From positions 1,295 to 65,294 of the forward strand of contig DASQLT010000070.1 of assembly GCA_035629855.1 (NCBI GenBank): DNA of 64,000 nt, in the 5' to 3' direction. The number at the start of each line of letters is the position of its first letter. Position 1 is the stretch's first letter. Positions 28,507 through 35,701 of the stretch are shown here, piece by piece. The notes beneath the pieces were generated by a model. That model was not told where the DNA came from. It saw only the letters and a program-made list of their open reading frames with translations, and did no database searches. The position numbers were made by a program, and so were the translations under genes. The DNA comes from Allosphingosinicella sp. (lineage in GTDB: Bacteria > Pseudomonadota > Alphaproteobacteria > Sphingomonadales > Sphingomonadaceae).

Positions 28507-28839
28507 TTATTCCGCCTTGGGCCGCTCGCGCTGCTTGACCTTGCGGACTTCGGCGAGCTGGCCCTTGAGGATGGCGAGCGCGTCGGCCTCCTCGCGGCTT
28601 AGCCCGTCCAGCTTCACATGGTCGATCAGCACCTCGAGCGCATCCCCGATCCGCCCGAGCTGGCGCCCGTAGCTGCCGACCTCGTCGAGCAATTTCTGCT
28701 CGATGTCCGGCCGCGGCGTCTGGCCGAGATTGACGTTGATCAGCCCGAGCTGAGCGCCCTGGTTCATGAAGGTCCAGGGATTGATCGCCTGCCAGAGCTT
28801 CTCGGGGGCGACGGAGAACTGGAATTTGCTGTCGGTCAT
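28507..28839 (-). CDS. hypothetical protein (about 110 aa)
   Basis: High-GC ORF with codon bias like its neighbours. No recognisable motif. The start is chosen at MTDSKFQF. Confidence 0.4.
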   Translation of the reverse strand: MTDSKFQFSVAPEKLWQAINPWTFMNQGAQLGLINVNLGQTPRPDIEQKLLDEVGSYGRQLGRIGDALEVLIDHVKLDGLSREEADALAILKGQLAEVRKVKQRERPKAE

Positions 28840-28960
28840 TGTCCAACCTTTCGCAGCTTGTGCTTTGATGTACAAAAGGGGCCAAATCGCGGGACGCGAC
28901 TTGGCGCTGGGCGGAATCCCGGCCTATGATGTGCCATCTGCGACATTCCAAAGGCTGAAC

Positions 28961-29848
28961 ATGGATTGCGACGTCTTTATCAGCTACGCTCACGAAGACA
29001 ATATTTGGGACCGTAATAATATATCTCATTTAGTGACGCAGCTTCGCGCTGCGCTCGGTGTTTTATCGCGAGACCGGGTGCAGTTCTTTATAGACCAGAA
29101 TATTAAGTGGGGTGATGTGTGGCAAGAGTCCGTAGATAAGAGTCTAGCCGGCTCAAAGTTTATGATTGCATTTTTATCGCCATCCTATTTCAAAAGTACC
29201 AACTGTCACAACGAATGGATGACGTTCAGAGATTTAGAACGGCAGCTAAGCTGTAATAATCTTATCCTACCTATATACTATCGGCTAGACCGGGAGTTCG
29301 ATGCGTACATAAAGGGTGAGCTGCTGGATGTAATCCCGCTGATCGAAGATTTGGCCGCTCGACAATATATCGATTGGCGCGATTTTCGGGATATGGATTC
29401 GAAGGGGAAGCGGCTGAAAATGGAAATCGAGGCCATGGCGGTCAAGATTGCGGACCGCATCGGAGAGATTTCCCCGGCCTTCAGCGCAAACCGCAGTACC
29501 GAAAAAGCCGAGCAACCTAGCCATGGAGAGATCGAATCAGTCGATCCGACTCTGGAGACAGAGTTCGTCCTGCGATTTAACGGCCTTACCAGCACTCAGA
29601 AATGTGTGCTTCGGCTAATCTACGAACGACCCCATAACGGCGAAATCAGCATCGATAAACTCGGTGAGATGCTCCGGGGAGTTGAGGAGGTATCCAGCAT
29701 GTCTGGTGACGAGCTTTACTACCGAGCAAAAGATTTGTCCAATCAAGGATTTATCGACTTCCGTTCGACCGGTCTAAAGCAAACGTCTATTGTAATTTTG
29801 CAGGCAGTGCAATTCGTCATGCATAAAAACAAATTGCTAAAAACCTGA
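28961..29848 (+). CDS. TIR-domain protein with C-terminal winged-helix-like domain
   Basis: MDCDVFISYAHEDN...FFIDQNIKWGDVW...FMIAFLSPSYFKSTNCHNEW is a TIR fold with the conserved Glu (E85). The last ~95 aa look like a wHTH (TQKCVLRLIYE...ISIDKLGEML...DELYYRAKDLSNQGFIDF). Low GC. The stop overlaps the next start (TGATG). Confidence 0.8.
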   Translation: MDCDVFISYAHEDNIWDRNNISHLVTQLRAALGVLSRDRVQFFIDQNIKWGDVWQESVDKSLAGSKFMIAFLSPSYFKSTNCHNEWMTFRDLERQLSCNNLILPIYYRLDREFDAYIKGELLDVIPLIEDLAARQYIDWRDFRDMDSKGKRLKMEIEAMAVKIADRIGEISPAFSANRSTEKAEQPSHGEIESVDPTLETEFVLRFNGLTSTQKCVLRLIYERPHNGEISIDKLGEMLRGVEEVSSMSGDELYYRAKDLSNQGFIDFRSTGLKQTSIVILQAVQFVMHKNKLLKT

Positions 29849-30645
29849 TGCCTACTTGTGTCGAGGTGCATGAGCATCTTATGCAGACGATGCCTGATTA
29901 CAGTCAGGCATGGCTAACCTACTATTCCGGACGTCAAAAGGAGATCATTGACAGCTGGCGGAGAGTAGATACTCGTATAGGCGAAGCTGGACCTGAATTG
30001 GAGGCGCTGGTTGTTACTGCTGAGAAGCATTTGCAAAAACTTTTCGTAAGAGTCGCGGAACGAGACCATCAGAACACTCAAGTGCGGAGTGACCTTGGAA
30101 GACTGGCATCGAACCAAGCTATTCTTGAACAGAAGTTTGCTTATTTTATGAACGAACTTTCAAAGTTTACGGCAACGTTGCACCGGCCCTCCGTTCTCTA
30201 CGGAAGTGTAAAGGAACTTGAGTCCCTTCAAGATTCCGCCGTTCGTCAATACAAAACCCGAGGAACAGGAGCTAAGCATCTTAATACGGACTATCGAGAC
30301 CTAGTAAGGTTTAGGCTCGTCTGTGATAGTATGCATGCTTTGCTAATAACTTGTACTCAATTCTGGGAATTCTTTTTTGACAATGTGATATCCTGTAAAA
30401 ACTATTATTTTGCGCCAGTGGCTAATTCTAAGGTTCGACCTTATCGAGGTATTCACTATCTGATCATAGACCGAACTGGATTTCCAAGCGAAATCCAGAT
30501 CATCTCCGCAGTCCGCGAAGCGGTGGGCGTCCTCGACCATAAGCTATTGTACAAATCGGATACCCACGGCGTACCGGACGATTATGTGGAATATGTTACG
30601 AAGTCCTCGATGTGCTCGAATCTACTGGATTTCGAGACGCCCTAG
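29848..30645 (+). CDS. RelA/SpoT-like (RSH, small-alarmone-synthetase-type) nucleotide pyrophosphokinase with N-terminal helical region
   Basis: DLVRFRLVC (D151xxRxR), KNYYFAPVANSKVRPYRGIHYLI, SEIQIIS (E215) and DHKLLYK align by eye with the synthetase motifs DxxGxR / YxSxH / E(V/I)QIRT / HxxxYK. Confidence 0.65.
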   Translation: MPTCVEVHEHLMQTMPDYSQAWLTYYSGRQKEIIDSWRRVDTRIGEAGPELEALVVTAEKHLQKLFVRVAERDHQNTQVRSDLGRLASNQAILEQKFAYFMNELSKFTATLHRPSVLYGSVKELESLQDSAVRQYKTRGTGAKHLNTDYRDLVRFRLVCDSMHALLITCTQFWEFFFDNVISCKNYYFAPVANSKVRPYRGIHYLIIDRTGFPSEIQIISAVREAVGVLDHKLLYKSDTHGVPDDYVEYVTKSSMCSNLLDFETP

Positions 30646-31398
30646 CAATTCGTCTCGCAGTCGGCGATACGAAGCGTAGCTCGCCTGCATCAAGGGGGCG
30701 GCATCGTCCAGGTCCACGCTTTGCCCGATTTCGACGCCAAATCTGCTGACGGAACGCCGCATCGCGACAACTCGCGACGCCAGGGCTAGCGCTTCGGCAA
30801 GGTGAACGGCTTCGCTTCGACTGAAGTGCAGCTCCCTCGCGGATGAATGCTGAATCAGGATTCTGAGGAAGGTTTGCAGATGTGCGGCGCCAGGGCCAAA
30901 TTTTAGCATGGCAGAGATTGACGCCAACTGGCGGCGCAATGGCCTGTTCAAGTCGTCGGAATCGTAAAGCGCGAAGAGCAGTGGGGTAGGTATTTGCGCC
31001 AGGCTGGTTTGGAAATCAGCCTTATATGTGTCAAAGGCACGTCGATCACCGGCAATAAAGGAAAGCGAAAAGACCTCGAAGATTTCAGTGAGCCACAACT
31101 CCTGAGACGGGGGAGGTCCTTTCAACCAGAACTTGATTGCCAGGGGCAAATCGAGATGGGCATTGTAAAGCGCCAGCCGAGTCTGCTCAAGCTCCGCCGG
31201 GCTGAGCATCCCGACGATCACGAGGTCCACGTCCGAATTGGCGCTCTCTTCGCCGCGCCCCATTGAACCCGACAAAGCGAGGAATTCCACCCGGTCGAGC
31301 CGCCCGAGTCGCCGATCGAATGCCTGGGCTAGACGTTTTCGGACAAGATCCTGGCCGAGCGGGCTGGACCGTCCGGCTGAACTGTCCAAGTCAGGCAC
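30622..31398 (-). CDS. MNT-type (Pol-beta superfamily) nucleotidyltransferase with C-terminal helical domain carrying an Rx4H motif
   Basis: LSGSMGRGEESANSDVDLVIV is the GSxxRGE...SDxD NTase signature. The C-terminal ~150 aa is all-helical with R194SEAVH199. GTG start at 31398 has no clear RBS. The 3-prime end overlaps the RSH-like gene by 24 bp. Confidence 0.7.
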   Translation of the reverse strand: MPDLDSSAGRSSPLGQDLVRKRLAQAFDRRLGRLDRVEFLALSGSMGRGEESANSDVDLVIVGMLSPAELEQTRLALYNAHLDLPLAIKFWLKGPPPSQELWLTEIFEVFSLSFIAGDRRAFDTYKADFQTSLAQIPTPLLFALYDSDDLNRPLRRQLASISAMLKFGPGAAHLQTFLRILIQHSSARELHFSRSEAVHLAEALALASRVVAMRRSVSRFGVEIGQSVDLDDAAPLMQASYASYRRLRDELLGRLEIQ

Positions 31399-31491
31399 GA
31401 CAGAAGCAAGCGCCAGTTCGAGTAGCCCTCGTCCTTTTTCTCAACATTCCAGCGCTCCACGCCTGTCCCGGCCAAGGCGCACCGCGGCTCT

Positions 31492-32838
31492 CTACCCGCT
31501 GTCCCGAGCCAGCCACTCTTCCAACCACTTGATCGTATAATTCCCCGCCAGGAAATCCGGCTCGTTGATCAGCTTCTGGTGCAAGGGGATGGTCGTCTTC
31601 ATGCCCTCGATCACGAATTCCTCAAGGGCCCGCCGAAGCCGCATGATGCAGCGTTCGCGGCTCGAGCCGTAGACGATCAGCTTGGCGATCATGCTGTCGT
31701 AATAAGGCGGCACCTTGTAGCCGACATAGAGGCCGCTATCGACCCGGACGTGCATTCCGCCGGGGGCGTGGAAGCCTTTGACGGTGCCGGGGGAGGGGGC
31801 GAAGGTCTGCGGATCCTCGGCGTTGATCCGGCATTCGATCGCGTGGCCTCGGAAGCTGATTTGCTCCTGGGTGCAGGAGAGCGGCTCGCCGGCGGCGATC
31901 CTGATCTGCTCGCGGACGAGGTCGATCCCGGTGATATATTCGGTGACCGGATGCTCGACCTGGAGCCGGGTGTTCATCTCGATGAAGAAGAACTCTCCAT
32001 TCTCGTAGAGGAACTCGATCGTCCCGGCGCCGCGATAGCCCATGTCGGCCATCGCCCGGGCGACGATCCCGCCCATTCGGTCGCGCTCCTGCGGAGTGAT
32101 GACGGGCGAGCCCGCTTCCTCGAGAACCTTCTGGTGGCGGCGCTGGAGCGAGCAGTCGCGCTCGCCGAGATGGATGGCGTTGCCCTTGCCGTCGCCGAAC
32201 ACCTGGAATTCGATGTGGCGCGGGTCGCCGAGATATTTCTCGATATAGACGGTGTCGTCGCCGAACGCGTTCTTCGCTTCCGAGCGTGCCTGGCTGAGCT
32301 GGCTGTCGAGCTCCTCCTCGCTCCGGACGATCTTCATGCCCCGACCGCCGCCGCCCGACGCCGCCTTGACGAGCAGGGGATAGCCCGTCGCCGCCGCCAC
32401 TTCGCGGGCCTCTTCCGGCCCTTCGACCGGCCCGTCGGAGCCGGGCACCAGGGGCAGGCCGAGCTTGGCGGCGGTGCGCTTGGCCTCGACCTTGTCGCCC
32501 ATCACCCGGATATGCTCGGGCTTGGGGCCGATCCAGATGATGTTGTGGAGCTCGACGATCTCCGCGAAGCGGGCGTTTTCGGACAGGAAGCCGTAGCCCG
32601 GATGGATGGCGTCGGCATGGCTGATCTCGGCCGCGGAGATGATCGCGGGGATGTTGAGATAGGAATCCGCCGCCGCCGGCGGGCCGATGCAGATCGCCTC
32701 GTCGGCAAGGCGCACGTGCATCGCGTCGGTATCGGCGGTGGAATGGACCGCGACCGTCTTGATGCCCATTTCGTGGCAGGCACGGTGGATTCGAAGCGCG
32801 ATCTCGCCGCGATTGGCGATGAGGACCTTCTTGATCAT
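31492..32838 (-). CDS. accC: acetyl-CoA carboxylase biotin carboxylase subunit
   Basis: [17 protein letters not shown]...GGGGRGM...[14 protein letters not shown]. Confidence 0.97.
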   Translation of the reverse strand: MIKKVLIANRGEIALRIHRACHEMGIKTVAVHSTADTDAMHVRLADEAICIGPPAAADSYLNIPAIISAAEISHADAIHPGYGFLSENARFAEIVELHNIIWIGPKPEHIRVMGDKVEAKRTAAKLGLPLVPGSDGPVEGPEEAREVAAATGYPLLVKAASGGGGRGMKIVRSEEELDSQLSQARSEAKNAFGDDTVYIEKYLGDPRHIEFQVFGDGKGNAIHLGERDCSLQRRHQKVLEEAGSPVITPQERDRMGGIVARAMADMGYRGAGTIEFLYENGEFFFIEMNTRLQVEHPVTEYITGIDLVREQIRIAAGEPLSCTQEQISFRGHAIECRINAEDPQTFAPSPGTVKGFHAPGGMHVRVDSGLYVGYKVPPYYDSMIAKLIVYGSSRERCIMRLRRALEEFVIEGMKTTIPLHQKLINEPDFLAGNYTIKWLEEWLARDSG

Positions 32839-32845
32839 GGGCGTT

Positions 32846-32934
32846 GCGTCGCCCCAGCGAAGGCTGGGGCCCCGGCGGGTGAAAAGCGCGGCGTTCGTAT
32901 TTTCCTGGGACCCCAGCCTTCGCTGGGGTGACGC
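32846..32934. repeat. REP-like element, family C
   Basis: GCGTCGCCCCAGCGAAGGCTGGGGCC ... GGGACCCCAGCCTTCGCTGGGGTGACGC between accB and accC. Confidence 0.9.
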
Positions 32935-32956
32935 GAGGTGGCTACGTCCAATCGCG

Positions 32957-33439
32957 TCATTCGAGGATCACCAGCGGCTGGTCGTATTCGACCGGCTGGG
33001 CGTCGAGGACGAGCACCTGGCTGACGGTGCCGGAGCGCGGCGCGATGATCGGGTTCATCACCTTCATCGCCTCGATGATCAGCAGGGTGTCGCCTTCCCT
33101 GACCGACTGGCCGGGCGACACGAAGGGCTTCGCACCGGGCTCACCCGCCAGGAAGACGGTACCGACCATGGGCGACTTGACTGCGCCGGGGTGGTTGGCG
33201 GGAGCGACGGCCAAGTCCGGCGCCGGGGCCGCTGCAGGAGCCGCGGCGGGCGCGGCGGCGGCGAGGGCCGGGGCCGGCGGGGCGGCGACCATGACATTGC
33301 GCTTGACGACGATCTTGCGGTCGCCGTCCTCGACCTCGATCTCGGTCAGATCGTTCTGGTTGAGAAGCTCGGCGAGCTGCCGCACCAGATCGGCCTCGAT
33401 CCGCATGCCGCTTGCCGGTGCGCCTTCTTCATCGCTCAT
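32957..33439 (-). CDS. accB: acetyl-CoA carboxylase biotin carboxyl carrier protein
   Basis: Ala/Pro linker and biotinyl domain with EAMKVMN. Confidence 0.95.
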   Translation of the reverse strand: MSDEEGAPASGMRIEADLVRQLAELLNQNDLTEIEVEDGDRKIVVKRNVMVAAPPAPALAAAAPAAAPAAAPAPDLAVAPANHPGAVKSPMVGTVFLAGEPGAKPFVSPGQSVREGDTLLIIEAMKVMNPIIAPRSGTVSQVLVLDAQPVEYDQPLVILE

Positions 33440-33492
33440 TTCGAAGTCTCTTTCTACGCGTTCGGTGCCGCGGCCCGAAGCGCGGCTTCCTG

Positions 33493-33933
33493 TCAGAGAC
33501 GGGCCGCCGCGTCCAGAGCCAGCAGATAGGAGAGGGCGCCGAAGCCGGCGATGACGCCCTTCGCGGCGGGCGCGATCAGGCTCCTTCGACGGAAGCGCTC
33601 GCGCGCCTGGGGGTTGGAAAGATGGACCTCGATCACCGGCGTCGAGACGGCTTTCACCGCATCGAGCAGTGCGACCGAGCTGTGGGTGAAGCCGGCCGCG
33701 TTGAGGATCACCGCCTTCGCGCCCTCGGCCTGCGCCTCGTGAAGCCAGTCGATGAGATGCCCTTCATGGTTGGACTGGCGGATTTCGACCTCCACCCCCA
33801 GCGCCCGTGCCCGGTCCTCGAGTCGGCCGGCGATCTCGTCGAGCGTGTCGGGACCGTAGATTTCGGGCTCGCGGGTACCGAGCAGGTTGAGATTGGGTCC
33901 GTTCAGTACATAGATGATGGGTGGCTTGGCCAT
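33493..33933 (-). CDS. aroQ: type II 3-dehydroquinate dehydratase
   Basis: [21 protein letters not shown]...HSSVALLDA...IEVHLSN. Conserved aroQ-accB-accC order. Confidence 0.95.
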   Translation of the reverse strand: MAKPPIIYVLNGPNLNLLGTREPEIYGPDTLDEIAGRLEDRARALGVEVEIRQSNHEGHLIDWLHEAQAEGAKAVILNAAGFTHSSVALLDAVKAVSTPVIEVHLSNPQARERFRRRSLIAPAAKGVIAGFGALSYLLALDAAARL

Positions 33934-33971
33934 GGCGAGGGCTATAAGGCGGGGCCGCGAGGAGCGCAAAG

Positions 33972-34184
33972 GTGGACGAGACGGCTTCGATCACGGTCAA
34001 CGGCCAGCATCGGCGGGTGCCCCAGGGCATCAGCGTCGCCGACCTGGCGCTCGAGCTCGGCCTCGAGCCGACCCGGGTCGCGGTCGAGCGTAACCTCGAG
34101 ATCGTTCCGCGCTCCACGCTCGGGCAGGTCATGGTCGAGGACGGCGACGATTACGAGATCGTGACGTTCGTTGGCGGGGGTTGA
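33972..34184 (+). CDS. thiS: sulfur carrier protein ThiS
   Basis: 70 aa ending in GG (VTFVGGG). GTG start. Followed by thiG. Confidence 0.85.
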   Translation: MDETASITVNGQHRRVPQGISVADLALELGLEPTRVAVERNLEIVPRSTLGQVMVEDGDDYEIVTFVGGG

Positions 34185-34209
34185 GGCCGGATCTTCAACG
34201 GCCCCGGTA

Positions 34210-34293
34210 CGTCACCCCGGACTTGATCCGGGGTCCGCCTTCCTGCTTTGGCTGCGGCTAGAAGATGGATGCCGGATCAAGTCCGGCATGACG
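34210..34293. repeat. REP-like element, family C variant
   Basis: CGTCACCCCGGACTTGATCCGGGGT ... GATGCCGGATCAAGTCCGGCATGACG between thiS and thiG. Confidence 0.85.
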
Positions 34294-34309
34294 AATTGGA
34301 ATCGCAAGA

Positions 34310-35101
34310 ATGAACGTCCCTCACCCCATTCCCCAGGACAATTGGACCGTCGCCGGCCGTAATTTCACCTCCCGGCTGATCGTCGGGACCGGCAAGTATA
34401 AGGATTTCGCCCAGAACGCCGCGGCGGTGGAAGCGTCGGGCGCCGAGATCGTCACCGTGGCGGTGCGGAGGGTCAACGTCTCCGATCCCAAGCAGCCGTT
34501 GCTGATGGACTTCATCGACCCGAAGAAGATCACCTATCTGCCCAACACCGCCGGCTGCTTCACGGCGGACGAGGCGGTCCGGACCCTTCGGCTGGCGCGG
34601 GAGGCCGGCGGCTGGAACCTGGTGAAGCTGGAAGTGCTGGGCGAGGCGAAGACGCTCTATCCCGACATGCGCGAGACCCTGAAGGCGACCGAGACCCTGG
34701 CCAAGGAGGGATTCGAGCCGATGGTCTATTGCGTCGACGATCCGATCGCCGCGAAGCAGCTCGAAGAGGCCGGCGCGGTGGCGGTCATGCCGCTCGGCGC
34801 TCCGATCGGGTCCGGCCTCGGGATCCAGAACCGGGTGACGATCCGGCTCATCGTCGAGGGCGCCAAGGTGCCGGTGCTGGTCGACGCGGGGGTCGGCACG
34901 GCGTCCGACGCGGCGGTGGCGATGGAGCTGGGCTGCGACGGAGTGCTGATGAACACCGCGATCGCGGAAGCCAAGGACCCGGCGGCGATGGCGCGGGCGA
35001 TGCGGCTCGCCGTCGAGGCGGGCCGGATCGCCTATCGCGCCGGCCGGATGGGCCAGCGCCGCTATGCCGACCCCTCCAGTCCCCTTGCGGGACTCATCTA
35101 G
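34310..35101 (+). CDS. thiG: thiazole synthase
   Basis: [10 protein letters not shown]...LPNTAGC...[14 protein letters not shown]...[11 protein letters not shown]. Confidence 0.95.
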   Translation: MNVPHPIPQDNWTVAGRNFTSRLIVGTGKYKDFAQNAAAVEASGAEIVTVAVRRVNVSDPKQPLLMDFIDPKKITYLPNTAGCFTADEAVRTLRLAREAGGWNLVKLEVLGEAKTLYPDMRETLKATETLAKEGFEPMVYCVDDPIAAKQLEEAGAVAVMPLGAPIGSGLGIQNRVTIRLIVEGAKVPVLVDAGVGTASDAAVAMELGCDGVLMNTAIAEAKDPAAMARAMRLAVEAGRIAYRAGRMGQRRYADPSSPLAGLI

Positions 35102-35110
35102 GCTCGGCGC

Positions 35111-35135
35111 GGAACCTAACTCAGATTATCACGTT
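35111..35135 (+). promoter_or_regulatory. EcfG-type general-stress-response promoter (GGAAC-N16-CGTT, perfect match)
   Basis: GGAAC at 35111-35115, a 16-nt spacer, CGTT at 35132-35135. It starts 10 nt after the thiG stop and is the only perfect match I found scanning GGAAC/GTTCC by eye. Confidence 0.55.
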
Positions 35136-35141
35136 CCACAG

Positions 35142-35215
35142 GGCGGTCGAGCCTCCACCGGTCACGCGGGGCTCCCATGGACGCCTCAGCCCCAAGTCGC
35201 TGGGGCGTCCTTTTG
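35142..35215 (+). ncRNA. candidate ~70-nt stress-induced sRNA or 5-prime leader (promoter to terminator)
   Basis: Bounded by the EcfG-type promoter and the intrinsic terminator at 35179-35215. The 5-prime end is only predicted from -10 spacing. Confidence 0.2.
35179..35215 (+). terminator. rho-independent terminator or attenuator
   Basis: 12-bp stem (GGACGCCTCAGC / GCTGGGGCGTCC with one GU pair), an 8-nt loop, then TTTTGTT. It ends 29 nt before the ATG at 35244. Confidence 0.7.
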
Positions 35216-35243
35216 TTCAGGGACCGAAAAGAGGGGAATAAGA

Positions 35244-35513
35244 ATGAAGCTCACTATGAAAGCCGCGCTCGCCGCGGGCCTGCTCTCGCTCGCCGCCTGT
35301 GGCGGCCAGGGCGATGACAGCCTCGGCGACAACATCGCCGACAATGCCGACGCCGTCGCCGAGAATATCGAAGCGGTGGGCGAAGCCAGCGGCAACGAGG
35401 CCGTCGACGACGCCGCCGAGGCCAAGGCCGAGGTCGTTCGCGAAACGGGCGAGGCCAAGGAAGAGGCGATCGACGACGCCGACGTCAACGCCGCAGCCGT
35501 CAACCTCCAGTAA
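35244..35513 (+). CDS. small acidic Ala/Asp/Glu-rich lipoprotein
   Basis: Lipobox LSLAAC. 89 aa. GAGGGG upstream of the ATG. Confidence 0.6.
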   Translation: MKLTMKAALAAGLLSLAACGGQGDDSLGDNIADNADAVAENIEAVGEASGNEAVDDAAEAKAEVVRETGEAKEEAIDDADVNAAAVNLQ

Positions 35514-35542
35514 GGTCGCGACTTCTCCCTTTCGCGCGATCG

Positions 35543-35580
35543 GGCGCCCCGGGGCGTATCTCCCGGGGCGCCGTTTTTTT
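35543..35580 (+). terminator. rho-independent terminator of the small lipoprotein gene
   Basis: 11-bp GC stem GGCGCCCCGGG / CCCGGGGCGCC, an 8-nt loop, then G + T7. Confidence 0.8.
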
Positions 35581-35610
35581 GACGGGCGCACGTCCCAGAG
35601 GACATGCGCC

Positions 35611-35698
35611 CGTCATCCCGGCGAAGGCCGGGATCCCAGCGGGTGAAAGGCGCCGGGCTTTTCACCCCCCTGGGGCCCCAGCCTTCGCTGGGGCGACG
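35611..35698. repeat. REP-like element, family C
   Basis: CGTCATCCCGGCGAAGGCCGGGATCC ... GGGGCCCCAGCCTTCGCTGGGGCGACG. Confidence 0.9.
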
Positions 35699-35701
35699 TT
35701 T

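Noticed and set aside
28766-28960. Upstream extension of the TIR ORF (start at 28766 or 28868).
   Set aside because: The extension is high-GC, overlaps the divergent 28507-28839 gene region, and precedes the canonical TIR N-terminus MDCDVFISYAHED. The composition shift begins at 28961.
33934-33971. TPP riboswitch expected upstream of thiS-thiG.
   Set aside because: The aroQ-thiS divergent gap is only 38 bp, far too short for a THI element. No THI-box-like sequence was seen.
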